A stretch of 59,484 nt of DNA, filler included, from Sphacelaria rigidula (taxonomy: Eukaryota), in NCBI GenBank assembly GCA_964200075.2. It is 4 parts of 4 records of this genome, joined end to end, with 100 filler letters (N's around TTAATTAATTAA, not from the genome) between each part and the next. Parts side by side here need not be neighbours in the genome. Positions count along the whole stretch, not along the records: positions 14,900 to 29,695 come from CAXNAA020002041.1; positions 29,796 to 44,590 come from CAXNAA020002042.1; 2 more parts are not named here. One strand, given 5' to 3'. Shown piece by piece: positions 25,127 to 38,208 of the stretch. The notes beneath the pieces are model-generated. The model was not told where the DNA came from. It ran no database searches and saw only the letters and a list, made by a program, of their open reading frames with translations. Each line of letters begins with the position of its first letter. Position 1 is the first letter of the stretch. The position numbers and the translations under genes are program-made.

Positions 25127-25734
25127 AAGACTTCAGCTGGCAGAAGGAAAGGGTGCAACAAGACCAAACACGCGAGCCAAGAATGACTTGGCGCGTGATC
25201 GTGCCGGACTGAATCACCAAGGTATTTACGTCGTGCAGTCGGAACTTACACCGTGTAGCTTGCAGGTGTAAATGTTATGGTACGATACTTACGACCTGGG
25301 TAGGAAGATGCGAGTTCAGTGGGCACCGGGGCTAGCAGGCCCAAACACAGTCTTTAGTATCGAAACCATTGAGTTCGATATTATCGAGTGCGAGTCAGCC
25401 ACCGCACCAGTGGTCAGGTGGCATGTCATGAGCCGTGCAGGCTGCAGCACAACATGTGTTGCATGAAGGTCAGGCTTACATTTTGTGAAGACCAGAGAAT
25501 CCTCTGAGATAGCAGTCCCTGATGGCGTAGATGCTCTTGTATTATTGGCGTACAGGCTAACTTGTGCTTTGCTAGTTGAGATGCATGGTCCAAAACCGCT
25601 GTGCCCCAAGGGGGCCGCCAAATCAATCCAATAACACAATGTAGTATGACCCATCAGGTACCAAGCATGACAAAGTATGACAAATGGAACCCAGTCGACT
25701 GGAACATGACCAATAAATCTGTAACATTACTACA
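25119..25734 (-). mobile_element. Putative 3' LTR (~616 bp) with adjacent polypurine tract
   Basis: Termini TGTAGTA...TACTACA (7-bp inverted, TG...CA). On the minus strand AGGGGGGAATG immediately precedes it (25735-25745). No second LTR was found. Confidence 0.55.
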
Positions 25735-25849
25735 CATTCCCCCCTGTCCAGAGCAGCTATTTTGAGGGGCTTTCATTGCTTTACTACGCTAGTAGTAGCA
25801 ATTTGAAGAGCTCCGACTACAGCCAGGAAGCGGAGGAAAGAATTGAAGC

Positions 25850-26060
25850 TTGAGGTAGGTTCACGCAATTAGCGTCTGATACAGTTCACGCGCAGAAAGG
25901 TTTAGTGCCATCGAGCACGAGCGAGAAAAGAATTTGAAGCAGAAGTTTGAGAGAGGTTCACGCAGTTAGTGTCTAACACAGTTCACGCGCAGGGAGCTTT
26001 AGTGCCATCGAGTACGAGAAAAGCGTTCGAAGCAGGAGTTTGAGAGCGTCACGCAGTAAA
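25850..26060. repeat. Diverged short direct repeats in the 3' internal region of the putative LTR element
   Basis: ACAGTTCACGCGCAG, TTTAGTGCCATCGAG and GAAGCAG.AGTTTGAGAG each occur twice. Confidence 0.7.
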
Positions 26061-27499
26061 CACCTACTACTGCAGTTAAGCAGAACAGCAGCAGAACTTG
26101 CGCGTTTAGCGTTCCAGTGCAGTAAAGCACATCGCAAAAAAGATTCGTGAAACAGACATCGTACGGTTGAAGCCTTTTCCGGCTGTTTACCCAGAAGGGA
26201 AACAAACCTGATTTTACAGGGGTTGAAGAAACGTTTTAGCAAAATACGCGCGTACAGATCGATAACCAGCAGCAAGAAGCTAAAGAGATAGATAATTACA
26301 GTCAAGCAGTGGCTACCACAAAGGAAGTAGGTACGGGAGAAATGTTGACACAGAAGTTGCGGCTCATGGAACTAAAGCAGGCGGAGCTCATAGAGGCCGC
26401 AAAACGAGACGCTATTGTAGAGTTTAAGAGAAAAGAAGCATGCATTTTGATACAGGCGCGCAGGGCAACCCTGTGCAGACAAGTACAAACAACGTTTTCG
26501 TAATATTGAGAGTAGAGCGCTGATTGAGAGTGGATCGGTAGTTTGCTTTCACCCGGCCATTTTTTCATTCCGTGTGTGCTTTTCTTTGCCCTTATCACTA
26601 GCGTTTGCTCACAGCTACACGTCGATATCCTACTCAGGGATATCGAGGGCCGCAGTGGCAAGCTACTACAGAAAGCATATCGGGCCTCGTGGAGGGGCAC
26701 TTCGGAACTGAAACGACTCATTCACTGATTGACCGCTTTCCACTGTCGATCATATCCTCTACCCTCAATCGCACGAAAACGTCGTTGACAGTAAACAGAG
26801 ATCATCGAAGCAACCCACGAGTTTTTCCCGAGTCTAGGCAACATGATTACATGGGAGGGCAACAAGTTCAAACAAACATTGTACGAGTACGCAACAACAC
26901 AACCAGTATTCACCCATGGGGCGGATTTTTGAAGGCAGGGTAGAGCCTTGAGTTAGAGTTTCGGGTGTTCCACGTGCATATGTGCGGTTATTCTCGTGCC
27001 CAGAGATGTTATAATGCTCTTTTTGGGCAGGTACGCGTGTTTCATGAGACGGAAGAGGAGTTGAAAAGACAGCACGGATACCAGACAGTCGAAAAGGCTA
27101 AACGAGTCGATGATACTATCTTGGAGAAAATCACCGCACCCTACATTGTAGAGCACTTGGCTATATCCTCGGGTCACCCAGCGAAGCGTGGGATTATTTT
27201 GTTCAGTACTCTTCTGTTTCCCCCACTGGCGAAAAAGCTCGCCTTGAACAGGAATGGACAGATCTAGAGACGCCGTCTGCGGAATCGCCATTAGTTTTTC
27301 TCAGCAGGACAAACCTGATTAGACACAATAGACATCAGTATGTTACGGTAATTTCGGGGTTTGATGCCAACAGGTACTATGCACGCAGACTGTCTTCGGA
27401 TTACGGTATCCAACGTGGCATGCTTCTTGCGATGTCCAGAATAGACACAGAAACCCTACACCGTACAGCGAAGACAGCACATGCTGAGTTGGAACTATG

Positions 27500-29520
27500 A
27501 AAGAGCAGGGTAGGATCACCAAGTAACCATGCTATTTCGACCACGGTTTATAATGCTTCCCACAGTGACGCATCGGTCGAGCGACGTGGAAGTCGGGGGG
27601 GGGCAGAAGACGACACGCAGATGAGTACAGCTCCGATAACCATCAACGCAACCAAAGTACCGATCACCACCGGTACAAACACCATTTCCAAACCCGATCC
27701 GACAATAACCAGCAATACACACCGCGATCGCACAATCAATGCTGCGAGTGCGGTTCAGACCGCAGTGGGTATCATGATTCGGACTGACACACCACGACAT
27801 CCTCATCCTCACGCCGATACCACAACCGAAACCACAACTCATTCCCCAACCCGCATCATATAATATACGCAACTGCAGTGAATGCTATGATCGAGGTATC
27901 GATTCCCATTCCCGAAATGATGGGCGGAGAAATATCGATCGCCAACAAGCAATCGGGATCTCAACCCAGAACATCGTTTCGCACATTACAGGGGAAACCA
28001 CCCCCTCCTGATTACTCCTCCAGCAGCCCCCACTGTCGTGCGAGTTTTGTACAGTGATTCGAGGATTCCGTCACTGATGACGACTTCGTCTCACGGGGCG
28101 ACAATACCTTCGATAACGCAGGATTCGCCCATTCCGTACAGCTCCCGCCTTCATACCATGCCGACCAACAACCACAGTTCCCGCCTTGACATCATTCCCA
28201 CCTCCACCACCAGCCATCCCAATATCATTCCTACTACCAGTAACCGCAACCCCCGTTGCAAAATTGTCAACCGCACCAGCAGCAGCAACACTCTTATTAC
28301 TATCCTCCTCAACAGTACACCGCACACCAACCACACCACCAAACTGCAGCCCCTCCTTCGACTTTGGCACCACCTGCCGATGCGTCACATCAGTCGGAAC
28401 ATCCACGATTGTTTATGGCGCGTTCCATGTTTATGGTGCGTTCCATACGCGAAGGTGAGTCTCGTTCTCGGTTTGGTAGTCTTGATTTGCGTAGGTATGA
28501 TGTGCTACGTGGTGAGACTGCATATCTAGTAATGGATTTCGGATATAGGTTCAACGTACCATGTCACAGGGATGATGTTTTTGATTTTACGACACCCTGC
28601 TCAGGGCCCCTCCTCAGGGCATCGAGAACGTTGCGATGGGTGACGGGACCAGACTCTCAGTCAAGGTAGTAGGGAGTTTGAATTAAAGATTCCACATGGG
28701 ATCTTCAGATCTTTCTGTCCCCTCCACAGACTTCCCTGCCCAGTTGACCGATGTCTACGTCGTAGAATGTGTTAAGTTCAATATTTTGTCCCTCCATTAC
28801 GTACAGAAGCGACATGATATCGTTCTCAATTCGACGGGGATACTTTTATTTGATGGCAGATCACGTATTGACCGCACATCGCGATTTTCATCACAATTGG
28901 CCATGCGTCTTCCCCCAACATATGGTCATATTGTCACACCTACAGCCTCAACTCCCTTGTTCCTCCATGGTGGAGGGGATTATTCTGCGTCTGTAGAGCT
29001 TCGTTCTTCGCCTTACACCCCCACCTCGAGTGGCGGAATTTTCCCCCTACTCCCGTAAAATCTTGTTCCTCAACGAAATGAGTTGATTTTCCTTCACCCA
29101 GTAGCGGAGTTGAGTCGCGTCCTACTGTAGACTCTTCACCGACAACTGCCCGGCCTGTTTTTGATTAGTCTGTTCATCGCCCACTACTGTAGTCTTGTCT
29201 CCCCACTACTGTAGAGCTTTCCCCCGTTTCCGCCGAATCTGATTTTTCGCATGCTACTGTAGAATCTTCGTCGATAGATGCCAGGCCTATTTTCGATTGA
29301 TCTAATTCGTCACCCACCACTGTAGAGTCAGATCCCCGTCCTACTGTAGAGTCGGGTTTTCCCACGAGTAAGATTGATTCCGCTTCTACCGTAAAATTTC
29401 ATCTCCCCACTACCGTAGATTCGTCCCCCGTTTCCGCTTAGTCTGATTCCTCGCGTGTTGCGATAGAGTCTTCACCTACAACTGCTCGGCCTGTTTTCGA
29501 TGAGTCTGGTTCTGTAGCCA
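27500..29520 (+). mobile_element. Decayed Ty1/Copia fragment (gag-like region, protease, linker)
   Basis: WISDIGSTYHVTG (~28532-28570) is a Copia protease motif. QLTDVYVVECVKFNILSLHYVQK is homologous to QLTDVYVLEGIHVNLFSLHQVQK of the Copia near 58450. Confidence 0.75.
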
Positions 29521-29623
29521 AATGATACCAAGCCGTAAGGTTTCAGCATAATCGCATGCATGATTGGAGCAGTGGCAGGGGACACGGGACACGGGATCAT
29601 AGCCCTTTTCTGTTTGTACCCTT

Positions 29624-29695
29624 AACAACAAATTGTGCGAATTGAGGTTTAACTCCGAGATGAGGTTCAAGCCTAAAACAGTGCTTTCCCCACAC
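29624..29695. mobile_element. Truncated terminal arm related to the 51637-52053 foldback element
   Basis: Shares ATGAGGTTC.AGCC.AAAACAGT.CTTTC.CC.CAC; cut by the contig end. Confidence 0.55.
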
Positions 29696-29795
29696 NNNNN
29701 NNNNNNNNNNNNNNNNNNNNNNNNNNNNNNNNNNNNNNNTTAATTAATTAANNNNNNNNNNNNNNNNNNNNNNNNNNNNNNNNNNNNNNNNNNNN
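29696..29795. other. Artificial contig spacer
   Basis: 44 N + TTAATTAATTAA + 44 N. Confidence 0.97.
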
Positions 29796-30040
29796 ATCTT
29801 ATCCCCGTCCTGTTTTGCCGTCTCTGGCCACCATCTATCCCCTAGTATAGCCATCGTTTTCTCCCTACCGGTGATACCGGTGAAGGGTTGGGGGGGGGGG
29901 AGGGGGCTGTCAAGAGCCACGAAGCGGGACTGAATGAACGTATTGTCAAGAGTGTCCTTCCCTCTTTCGTCGTACTGTACCCGCGGGGAAAGCATGGCCC
30001 TCATTGAACGGGTGCTGTTTGCCTTACAGGAATGGGCGGT
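29796..30040 (-). mobile_element. Fragment of a probable non-LTR retrotransposon 3' region
   Basis: Translates EKTMAILGDRWWPETAKQDGDK, a peptide I recall as a high-copy repeat in kelp gene predictions (from memory, not searched). Confidence 0.45.
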
Positions 30041-32239
30041 CTAAATATTCATTTTGTGGCCTTTTGTGATTTTTTTTTAATCGTCGATTTTCTTGGGCTC
30101 TTTCCGCTTGCCACCGCTCATCACGTTGGAGATATGAAGGTATTTGTATCCGCTCCACATTCCAAGAAAAAAAATATCACCTGCACTCAACATTGAGTGA
30201 CTGATGAGCTTACCGGTCATCTGGGATCCTGCCAATTTGCAGCTCAGATTCTTCCTCTTCGGTATTTTCGGTCGATCGAGCCTGTCCCGCTCATATTTAT
30301 GAAAGAATGTTCAGTTTTATTTTTTCGAAATTCTATGTACTCATGATACTAGAACCGAAAAACTGTTTCATGGTCAATAACACCCTCCTGATAAACGGGG
30401 TATTTACTTGTATCGCCCTATAACACCAACTAACACTGACTTGGGCACTGTGTTTCGAGGATGTTCTGCTTATTGTTCCAAAATCTACTGATGCTGGTAA
30501 TTCCGAGTTCTATCGAAGAGCAGTACGCGAGGAAACCCCCAAAACACCCCCGAATAGTTAGAGTGCCCACTACTGTATCTCTTCGCCCACCTGTGCTACT
30601 GTGTGTTTTTTTTTTGTCTATTGAAATCTGATGGCGGCGTAGCTGACGGAAAAAAGGTCGTAAGAAAAATTTATTCTTTCCCCCCTAAAGGTCAGGACTA
30701 TGGCTAGCAAGATAATGGGTATCCACCTCCCCCTGTCTTTGATCGGATTCGGATGGTGTATTTCATGATGTAATTTTGTCCTCTGGGGGTGTTCGTCCTC
30801 TGATTTTCCCTCCTGTTTGTGTATGTGTGTGTTACCCAGATGTGATGGATGTGATCTGCCAGTGTATGGAGGTGCGGTCTTCGACGGAAGATTCAACTCA
30901 GTCCAGGCTGTCCCAGCTCAGCGGCTGCTCTTTTAACATCGAAGCTAGGCGATCTAGCGTGCGTGATGTGAGTACCCCTGTCTGTGTGTGGTGGTATATT
31001 GTCATGTTCCATGAAAGCGTGCCCCCCCCTCACCCCTCCTGTGCGTTGGCGTGTTTTCCTGCTTCCTCTCATGTTGCATGAGTTGCGATTATTCGTTAAG
31101 CGTCACATTTTTTATTCTCCATACCTTGCTTTGTTTGTATGTGTGTTTGCGTGGCATTATTTGTAGCACCCGATCGTCTTGTCAGCGTGGACGTTCTAAA
31201 CGTATCAGGGCTGCGCCCAGGTTGCGCGCATGACGAACAAAAATCTCTTCACGTGTGATGGATCCAGACGGGAAAAAAATGGCGCATAGCTTCCCGCGCC
31301 CATCGCCTCCGTGCTGTTCCTCTCGAGTTGGTGTTCTTGGCATGCCCACAAGTCCGCGAGCAATTGCCAACTATGGCGTCAGTCCAGGAGATGGACCCAC
31401 CCGCCTTGGCCACCTCTAGGGGTTGGTAGATGTCGATGATGATGTGCACATAAGATTTGTTGCTGTTTGTGTTTCTTCCTGCGTACGTGCGTGTTTTCCC
31501 CCTCCGTGTACGTTCCTCTATTGGCCATCCTCCAGTAAACTCGGTGCTGTTGTGATGCGTATGGTGCGGGTATTCTCTGACGTTTTTTTTTTGTCATTTT
31601 CCAATAGTCAACTAGTGCTGTGTCTTGATGTGTGCGCGATTTTTGTTCCCGTCGTGCTTTTTTTTTCGTCATCCTCGAGTTTAAGTAGTGCGGTGTGTAT
31701 GTGGGTTTAATCCCTCGTGCGTTTTGTGTGTTCGGTCATGCTACAGCTGCTATCGACGATGTCTTGGGAGACGACGTTGAGAGCTGGGAATATAGGCACT
31801 ACTGGACACAGCCGGATGGGTTCGCTTTCAGAGTGAGTTCATGAGACTTTGACGTCAAAAAACGTGGTGCACGGAAAGAATGAGGATACAAAGCACACAG
31901 CCCCCTCCTTTGTGCATCGAAATGAGATGGTCTCATGATCGATTTTGTTCCGCAACAGGAATATTTTAGTGCTTCCAGTGTCGGAATCAACTCTGATGAT
32001 TGGTCATGACGCAGACATTTTGACCGCTCACCTAGTGAGCGCTCAACTCAGTACGTGTGTGCACCTCGGGAAGACATGACGCATGAGAGGAGCTCCGGGG
32101 CCAGGGCCCCTCGCAAATCTATCAATTCAAGGCCCGAGCTCTGAGTTCTGCTTTCAATGGATCATGCTTGAAGTGGAACTGCGCACGTTTCTGTTCATGA
32201 AGCAGACAATTTGGCGTTTGAACCAATTTCCATCGCCGT

Positions 32240-32790
32240 GCCCCGGTGGTGTAAATTAAAATGGTACATCGATGGCCAGTCAACCCTTTCGAAACCATTG
32301 ATGGAGAAGTGACGATTTACGATTGCCGGTAATTTGGGCAAGATACTATTGTTTTCTGCAACTGTTGATAATGCAGCCCATCAAAACAGTGCACCACTCT
32401 ACGTTCAAGTATACTAAATGTGACGTATTCGTGCACCAAACTCGAAATGACTTTTTCCGGTGACGAAAGCTCGCATATGAGAGTTTGCAAATCGTCGCTT
32501 TTCTATCAACGATTCCAAAACGGTTAGAGGCGGAAGATTGCGGCTTCGAAATCCTGAAATATACATTTATTTATTTTTTCAATGGAATCTGGTTTCCGTC
32601 GCTGAAAGCATTCGGACGTGGGAAAGCATAGCAAATCTGACGAGTGTTTAACGCCGTATGGGAGCGATGATTATCCAATCGACGATGCTGAGTTGTCAGA
32701 CGTGTACCGGCGTAGGGTTGTGTTGATTCCTTGAGACTGCGGACTTGTCCCGGGGAAGGGAAGGGATCAAGGATCGGACGAATCATGGCT
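32240..32790 (+). mobile_element. tRNA-derived SINE whose head is interrupted by a MITE
   Basis: The GCCCCGGTGGTGTAA head matches 14358. It resumes TTAGAGGCGGAAGATTGCGGCTTCGAAATCC at 32524; body motif CTTGAGAC...GTCCCGGGGAAGGGAAGGG. Confidence 0.6.
32284..32523. mobile_element. piggyBac-like MITE nested in the SINE
   Basis: ~39-bp imperfect TIRs (CCCTTTCGAAACCATTGATGGAGAAGTGACGATTT vs reverse complement CCGTTTTGGAATCGTTGATAGAAAAGCGACGATTT); flanks TCAA / TTAG. Confidence 0.6.
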
Positions 32791-34441
32791 GGTTCTCATC
32801 ACCACATCTACGATTTTTTAGGTCCTAGTGCTTGGAGGAGGGAGATAAGTTAACCGCGGGTCAAGAGCGTCCCTTACCGTATTTCTGCGCTATTCCACGT
32901 GCCCGAGGTGGGGGTACGTGAGGTGCAATCCTAAAAAGAAAAGCCCAAGGATTGATTCGTACGGTACGAATCAATGACACTAAAAGCAAGTCATTTTCAG
33001 ACGAATCATCATTCGTCCGACCCGTGGAAGGGATTGACAGTGGAGAACGACGGAAAAAGAAGGATCTTGCAGGAGGAACATAGATGTGCAGTGGCATATG
33101 CATGTACCCCCAAAACTCTTTTGGTATCCCACCGATATATGCTTGTGTTGCAAGCTCGAGTTTCTCTAGGCACGACAGCTGACACTGTCGAGGATCCAGA
33201 TCTATCGACACTCATGATATCATGAGCATTGACAATCGCCATCGAAAAAAACACGAGTTTTGTAACACGACAGCAAGGGATGCCCCAACAAAGGGTGTTG
33301 AGGTACGGCGGTGCCCCCATTTGAAGGGGGTCCTTTTTCAACCTCTCGACTAACAGGATGGGTAATCTACTGGGTCGACATAATTTTTCACTTGGCAAGT
33401 GAGTAGTGTGAGATCCACATGATCCATACTCGGGCCGCCAAGGGGTAACGGCAGGCCCCCAATTTTGATGATGTGTGTCGGCTTGAACCCCAATTACTGC
33501 TCCGGTATGATATGATAGGTACTGCCCAATCCAGTTCAAGGCTGAGTTTAGTCGTACCTAGGATGCGTTCAATTTTTGCTTTTCACCATACCGTATTAGA
33601 CGTGAACTCCTGCTGCCCGTGAAACACGAGTAGAGAGGTTCGCAATATAAACGTTGCCGTGAATGACGAGTTTAAGCGACCTACGATTGATCAGTCTCTG
33701 GGAATCGAAAAGTCATCCCCCCGGGGTGGTATTTTAGGGGGTGCTTTACAACGTACCCCTTTGTGATACAGAGTGGGGGTCTCGCCACAGTGGGATCATG
33801 ATCACTTGACTGTATAGAAAGTGCATTCCGCTATTCTAATATCAAGTAATTGCACTATCCATTTACGGGACGATTTTTTTCTTGTTCTTCTTTTTGCAGC
33901 CATGATGGCGAATGAATGGCCGAGTGAGCGATGGCGTTTTCCCAGATGAAATGCCAACTAATCCGAAATTGATCTGCGCTCACTTCACCGTTAAAAAAAA
34001 AAAATCAAGATGAGTCACTGGCAATATTCGATGCTGTACGCAGTACACTTTGTGCCGATGTAAACTATCGTCCGATGTATGCTAGTTACGCAGACGGTAT
34101 GCACACAGCACATTTTCGGGCGCTATGTGCAACATATCTAGACTGCGATCGCGTGCATATGTGTTGGCACGTGATGCCGCTGCAAGTACCTACCGCCACA
34201 CGTACTCCACCCCACAAAGCATACGTTACTCTCCATACGTCAGTAGGTACGAGAATAGTGCAACGGCCAAAGGTCTCGGTCATCGTCTCGTCGGGGAGGA
34301 AGTCCAGGAAAAGCAAAAAAAATAGTACTTGTGGGAGGAGCATCTGGTCTACACCCATTTCCACCCCCCCGTTTTTGAAAATATGATGATAACACAAGAT
34401 GCGCACGTGACCAAACTCCATTGTCCATTTCTCGCTTGAAG

Positions 34442-34736
34442 GATGCTAGTGTCATCGGGAGCAGAAGGCGTTGAGACTGATGAAAACCCTAGCACAGGAG
34501 CAGAGGCGGGGGCCGACGCCTCCAGCATCTCGGGACCTGGTAGCGGCGGGTCCGGGAGGGGATCAGGGTCCGGGAGGGGAAGTCCTGGAAACAACAATGG
34601 CAACGGCAACGACAACAACGCCGCTGCCAACCGTAGCAACAATCGAAGTCATAACAGTGCTCGAACGCACCGCAGCTTTCCGTCCTTCGACCCTCATCGA
34701 GGCCTCAGCTCGAGCATAGTCCAGCAGTTTATGCAG
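34442..34736 (+). CDS. Internal exon of an unknown Gly/Ser/Asn-rich protein
   Basis: Acceptor TTCTCGCTTGAAG|, donor CAG|GTACAG; open frame ending SSSIVQQFMQ. Confidence 0.65.
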
Positions 34737-36025
34737 GTACAGTACTAACTTTTGAACATTAAATACATGCATACATACATATTTATGTATGAACATTCAA
34801 GATGCAACCGCGAGGCACATAGGATAATGGCGATACTGTGAAGTTTACTTGCAACACTGCATGGGCCAGGTGTTCACCTTTTGTTGTATTTTTTCGTTTT
34901 GACTGAATATACCTTGATATATATATTCTTCCCCGAGTAGGCTCAGTACAACAGTGGGACGCATTTTTTCCCCGCATGTGTACAGTGTACGCTCACTTTT
35001 TGAATCGTAATACGTACTGTGGCGTGTATTTTGTTATTCTCCACTACATTTGCCGTAACCTCTTGCGCTTCCGTAAAAATTTGCCCAGGGGTTGGGTCGA
35101 AGTTCCCAGGGAAAATGTGTACTTGATTGAAACTATTCCTAAACGGTCATCACATAAAATTATTACTCTTGTGAAATTTTTTGGCCGACTCCTTTTTTTT
35201 CATTATATGGAACTGCACAGTAGGTCGCCAACATTTTTTTTCTTTGTCGAATAAGTTGACAGTATACACTCCCTTTAGGTAACCCCGTTTCTGCGCGTGC
35301 AAACGCCTACTAGGAGTACGCAGAAGGTGCGTAGGATGATGCAGGGATTGCGGTGGAAGCTTCAGGGGCTCTCGTTCATAGGCCCCACCTTTGATCGTGC
35401 CAGGGCTATGTGTTCTCGACTAGACACACCTACAGTAGCGGCGTTATTCCAGTATTTTATACCGGGAAAAAATGTTTTTATTTTTTATTTTTCCCCTGTT
35501 TTTTTCTGGTTCGGATCTAGGAATGAGCCGGCTCTAAAGTTCTTCTCATGTTTCTACGGAATGGCGGCATATTGCAGTTACTCACAACGGACCGTGTTGG
35601 AAATTACTGCGTCATTCACAGTTGCGGGGTTGGGTCATTTGATGTGAGACAATCAACCGACCAGTCGTATCAATCAATTGACCGTTCAATCGACTCGATG
35701 TCTATCAGAATGGTACATGGGTAGGCCTTAATGTGCAGTATCTCCCGTGCGGTGCATCGGTTGTGTTCCATCATGAGGCTTTGGTGTATGGGCAGTCTCT
35801 GCCTAGTATGTTTTCACCCACCATCAAGCATGTTCAGAGGCGGCTGGGACCTACCACCATACTTTGCGTAGCAGTCACCTCACCTGCCGTATCCTGAAAT
35901 ACGATAAAATGGGATAATGACGAAAACTCGCGTAACCCAACTTACCCCTGCCTGCCTATCTGCCTGCCGGCCGGCCTGCTGACGTGTCGACCTACCTAAC
36001 TACCGACTTACCGACCTTGCTATAG

Positions 36026-36526
36026 GTGGGGGGAACGGACCCACCATCGTCATCCAATTCTTCTCTTACGGTCAAGCTCGAGGTGGACTGTCCCTCCATC
36101 GGCGGCGGGAGTGGCAGCGGAGGTGGTGAAGACGACAGCGGGTCTCAGGGGCGTCCTTCTTTCGACGCGAACCGCGGTTCATCAGGCATGCACCCTGCCC
36201 TGCTTCCCCCCGCCGGTTTCGACGGCCAGAGTGTAGGCCCCCGAACCACATCTGCTACGGATATGTCGTCATCATCCACGATATCTGCATCGGGGTCCTC
36301 GACCACGGCGGCCGCGGCGCCAAACGCTGGGAGTCGGGAAGCTCGTGGAGTGGCCAAGCTTTTCCAAAAGTCGCCCGTGCTCGGGCCGTCTGCGCTGCCG
36401 GCTCCCGCAGATGCCAGTTTAGAGTGGGATCTTTCAGGCGGGGGGAACAATGGATGGGGGGGTGACAGGCGTGCCGGGAGCGGTGGTGGTGGTGGTGCAG
36501 GCGTTGGGGGGGAGGAGGCTCCGACG
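36026..36526 (+). CDS. Next exon of the same low-complexity protein
   Basis: Acceptor CTTGCTATAG|, donor ACG|GTGAGC. 501 nt, phase-compatible with the 34736 donor; contains FQKSPVLGPSALP and SLEWDL. Confidence 0.7.
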
Positions 36527-37429
36527 GTGAGCAGTGTTCGTGTCGTTTCTTCAAGTAGTCTGTTTAGCTGAATCTTGGATTTTTGCGATCTCAAACTATC
36601 TTATCGGCACGTACTTGTGGCAATTATGTTGCCACAAGTTGTAGCATTGGAAATACCCCGCGGGAGACGTTCTGGGGAGTGCGAGTGAACTGGGAGTGCC
36701 CGCTCGGGGCATCTTTCTTGTAATCAACCCCTTCCCTCCCTCGCGACGAGCCCGGAGTGTCTTGGGATCAGAGGGTCTTTTTTTCCCTTGTCGGGCTATT
36801 GGTTTTAATAGAGAAAATCAAGACTTTTACAACATTATTGCTCGCGGGCGTGTACGGCGCAATGTTTGACCTGTTCGTTCGCGCAATCTTTTTACCCGTT
36901 CAAAACGGGAAAAATGTGACGTTGCAAAATACGTTGGAGCAACGGAAAACCAAAAATGTACACGTGTTCTAAAATTTACTCGAGGCAGGGAGTGAGTGTC
37001 TTCAATGGAGTCAAGAGGGAATTCCCTAATGAAAAACAGCCCCGAAAGCGCCGTTGTTTATGAAAAAATATCGTGCGAGTGACAGTCTACAAGAGATGTT
37101 TATGGCAGCGTGACTACCTTCTCAATTGGGGGAATGAGACGAAGAGAAGCAATCATCGTTATCGGTTCGTGGAAGTACGTACCCGTGATATAGTCAAGCT
37201 AATTGTAAACTAAAAGACAGCCTGGCGGAAAGAGACAGAAAAAATAGTGCTGTTTCGAAATTCAGCGAACCTTGCAAATAACTTGAGCAATTGAAGAAAT
37301 ATATGGCGACCAACATACTTGAAAACAGCTTATATATGGCCGCGTCACTAAATATTCCACCGGGCAAAGCGACAAAAAAAAAAAAAACGTTATATGGTCC
37401 TAACTATCGGCTTCAACGTGAGTGTGTTG

Positions 37430-37902
37430 CACATATACAGCCATATATGGTCAAAAGGTAACTCCAGCCTGAAGGTAACACAGACGATTTTATTGCGTTT
37501 TGGTTTCTTTTGTGCTCATCGTGTATGCATGTAAGATTGAAGTTTCCGTTTCTCACCATCAAGGCGTCGGAACCACCATCAGGGCTCCGCGTATGGCCAA
37601 ATACGTGCATATTTAGTCACTGAAAGCTTGGGTCGACGCGGAATCTTGCGCTCGTCTAAGGTGAACGGTGATGGAAAATCATTGCACCACCTGATCAACC
37701 TTGACCTTCCGTTATTATGTGTTTTGTACAATACAGCCACACATATACAGCGACATGGTCCAAAGAAAATTCTAGCCTGAGGGAAACAGAGACGGTCTTC
37801 TTGCGTTCTGGTGTCGCATGTATTCATCGTGTATGCGTGTAAAGCTGAAGTTTCCTTTTTTCAGAATCAAAGAGTCAGAACCACCATCAGGGCTCCGCGT
37901 AT
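37430..37902. repeat. Diverged direct repeat (~160 bp, about 309 bp apart)
   Basis: CACATATACAGC...GAACCACCATCAGGGCTCCGCGTAT at ~37430-37593 and ~37740-37902. Confidence 0.75.
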
Positions 37903-37954
37903 TGCGTACGAGCTGGGCCAGCCGAGAAGCGATTCCGCATTTTGCAAGCCCATC

Positions 37955-38208
37955 ATACGGCCAATACTTGGAGTTGGACCCTGAAATCCGGTATGGACAA
38001 CGAGTAGGGCATAATGAAAAAAAATTACTGGTGCACACAAGTTTGTTTGTTTTTTTCCATGAGTTGGGGGCATTTTACCGATACCTGAAAACTGACTATT
38101 ACCATGAACCCATGAAAAAAAAACTTGTGTGCACTAGCGTTTTTTTATTATGCCCTACTCATTGTCCATACCAAATTTCAGGGTTCAACTTCAAGTATTG
38201 GCCGTATA
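37955..38208. repeat. Inverted repeat / MITE-like hairpin (~105-bp arms)
   Basis: ATACGGCCAATACTTG...GAGTAGGGCATAAT...GTGCACACAAGTTT versus AAACTTGTGTGCAC...ATTATGCCCTACTC...CAAGTATTGGCCGTAT. Confidence 0.8.

Noticed and set aside
27341-27356. 16-nt match TGTTACGGTAATTTCG shared with the 176-bp repeat at 19089
   Set aside because: Does not extend on either side; treated as coincidence.
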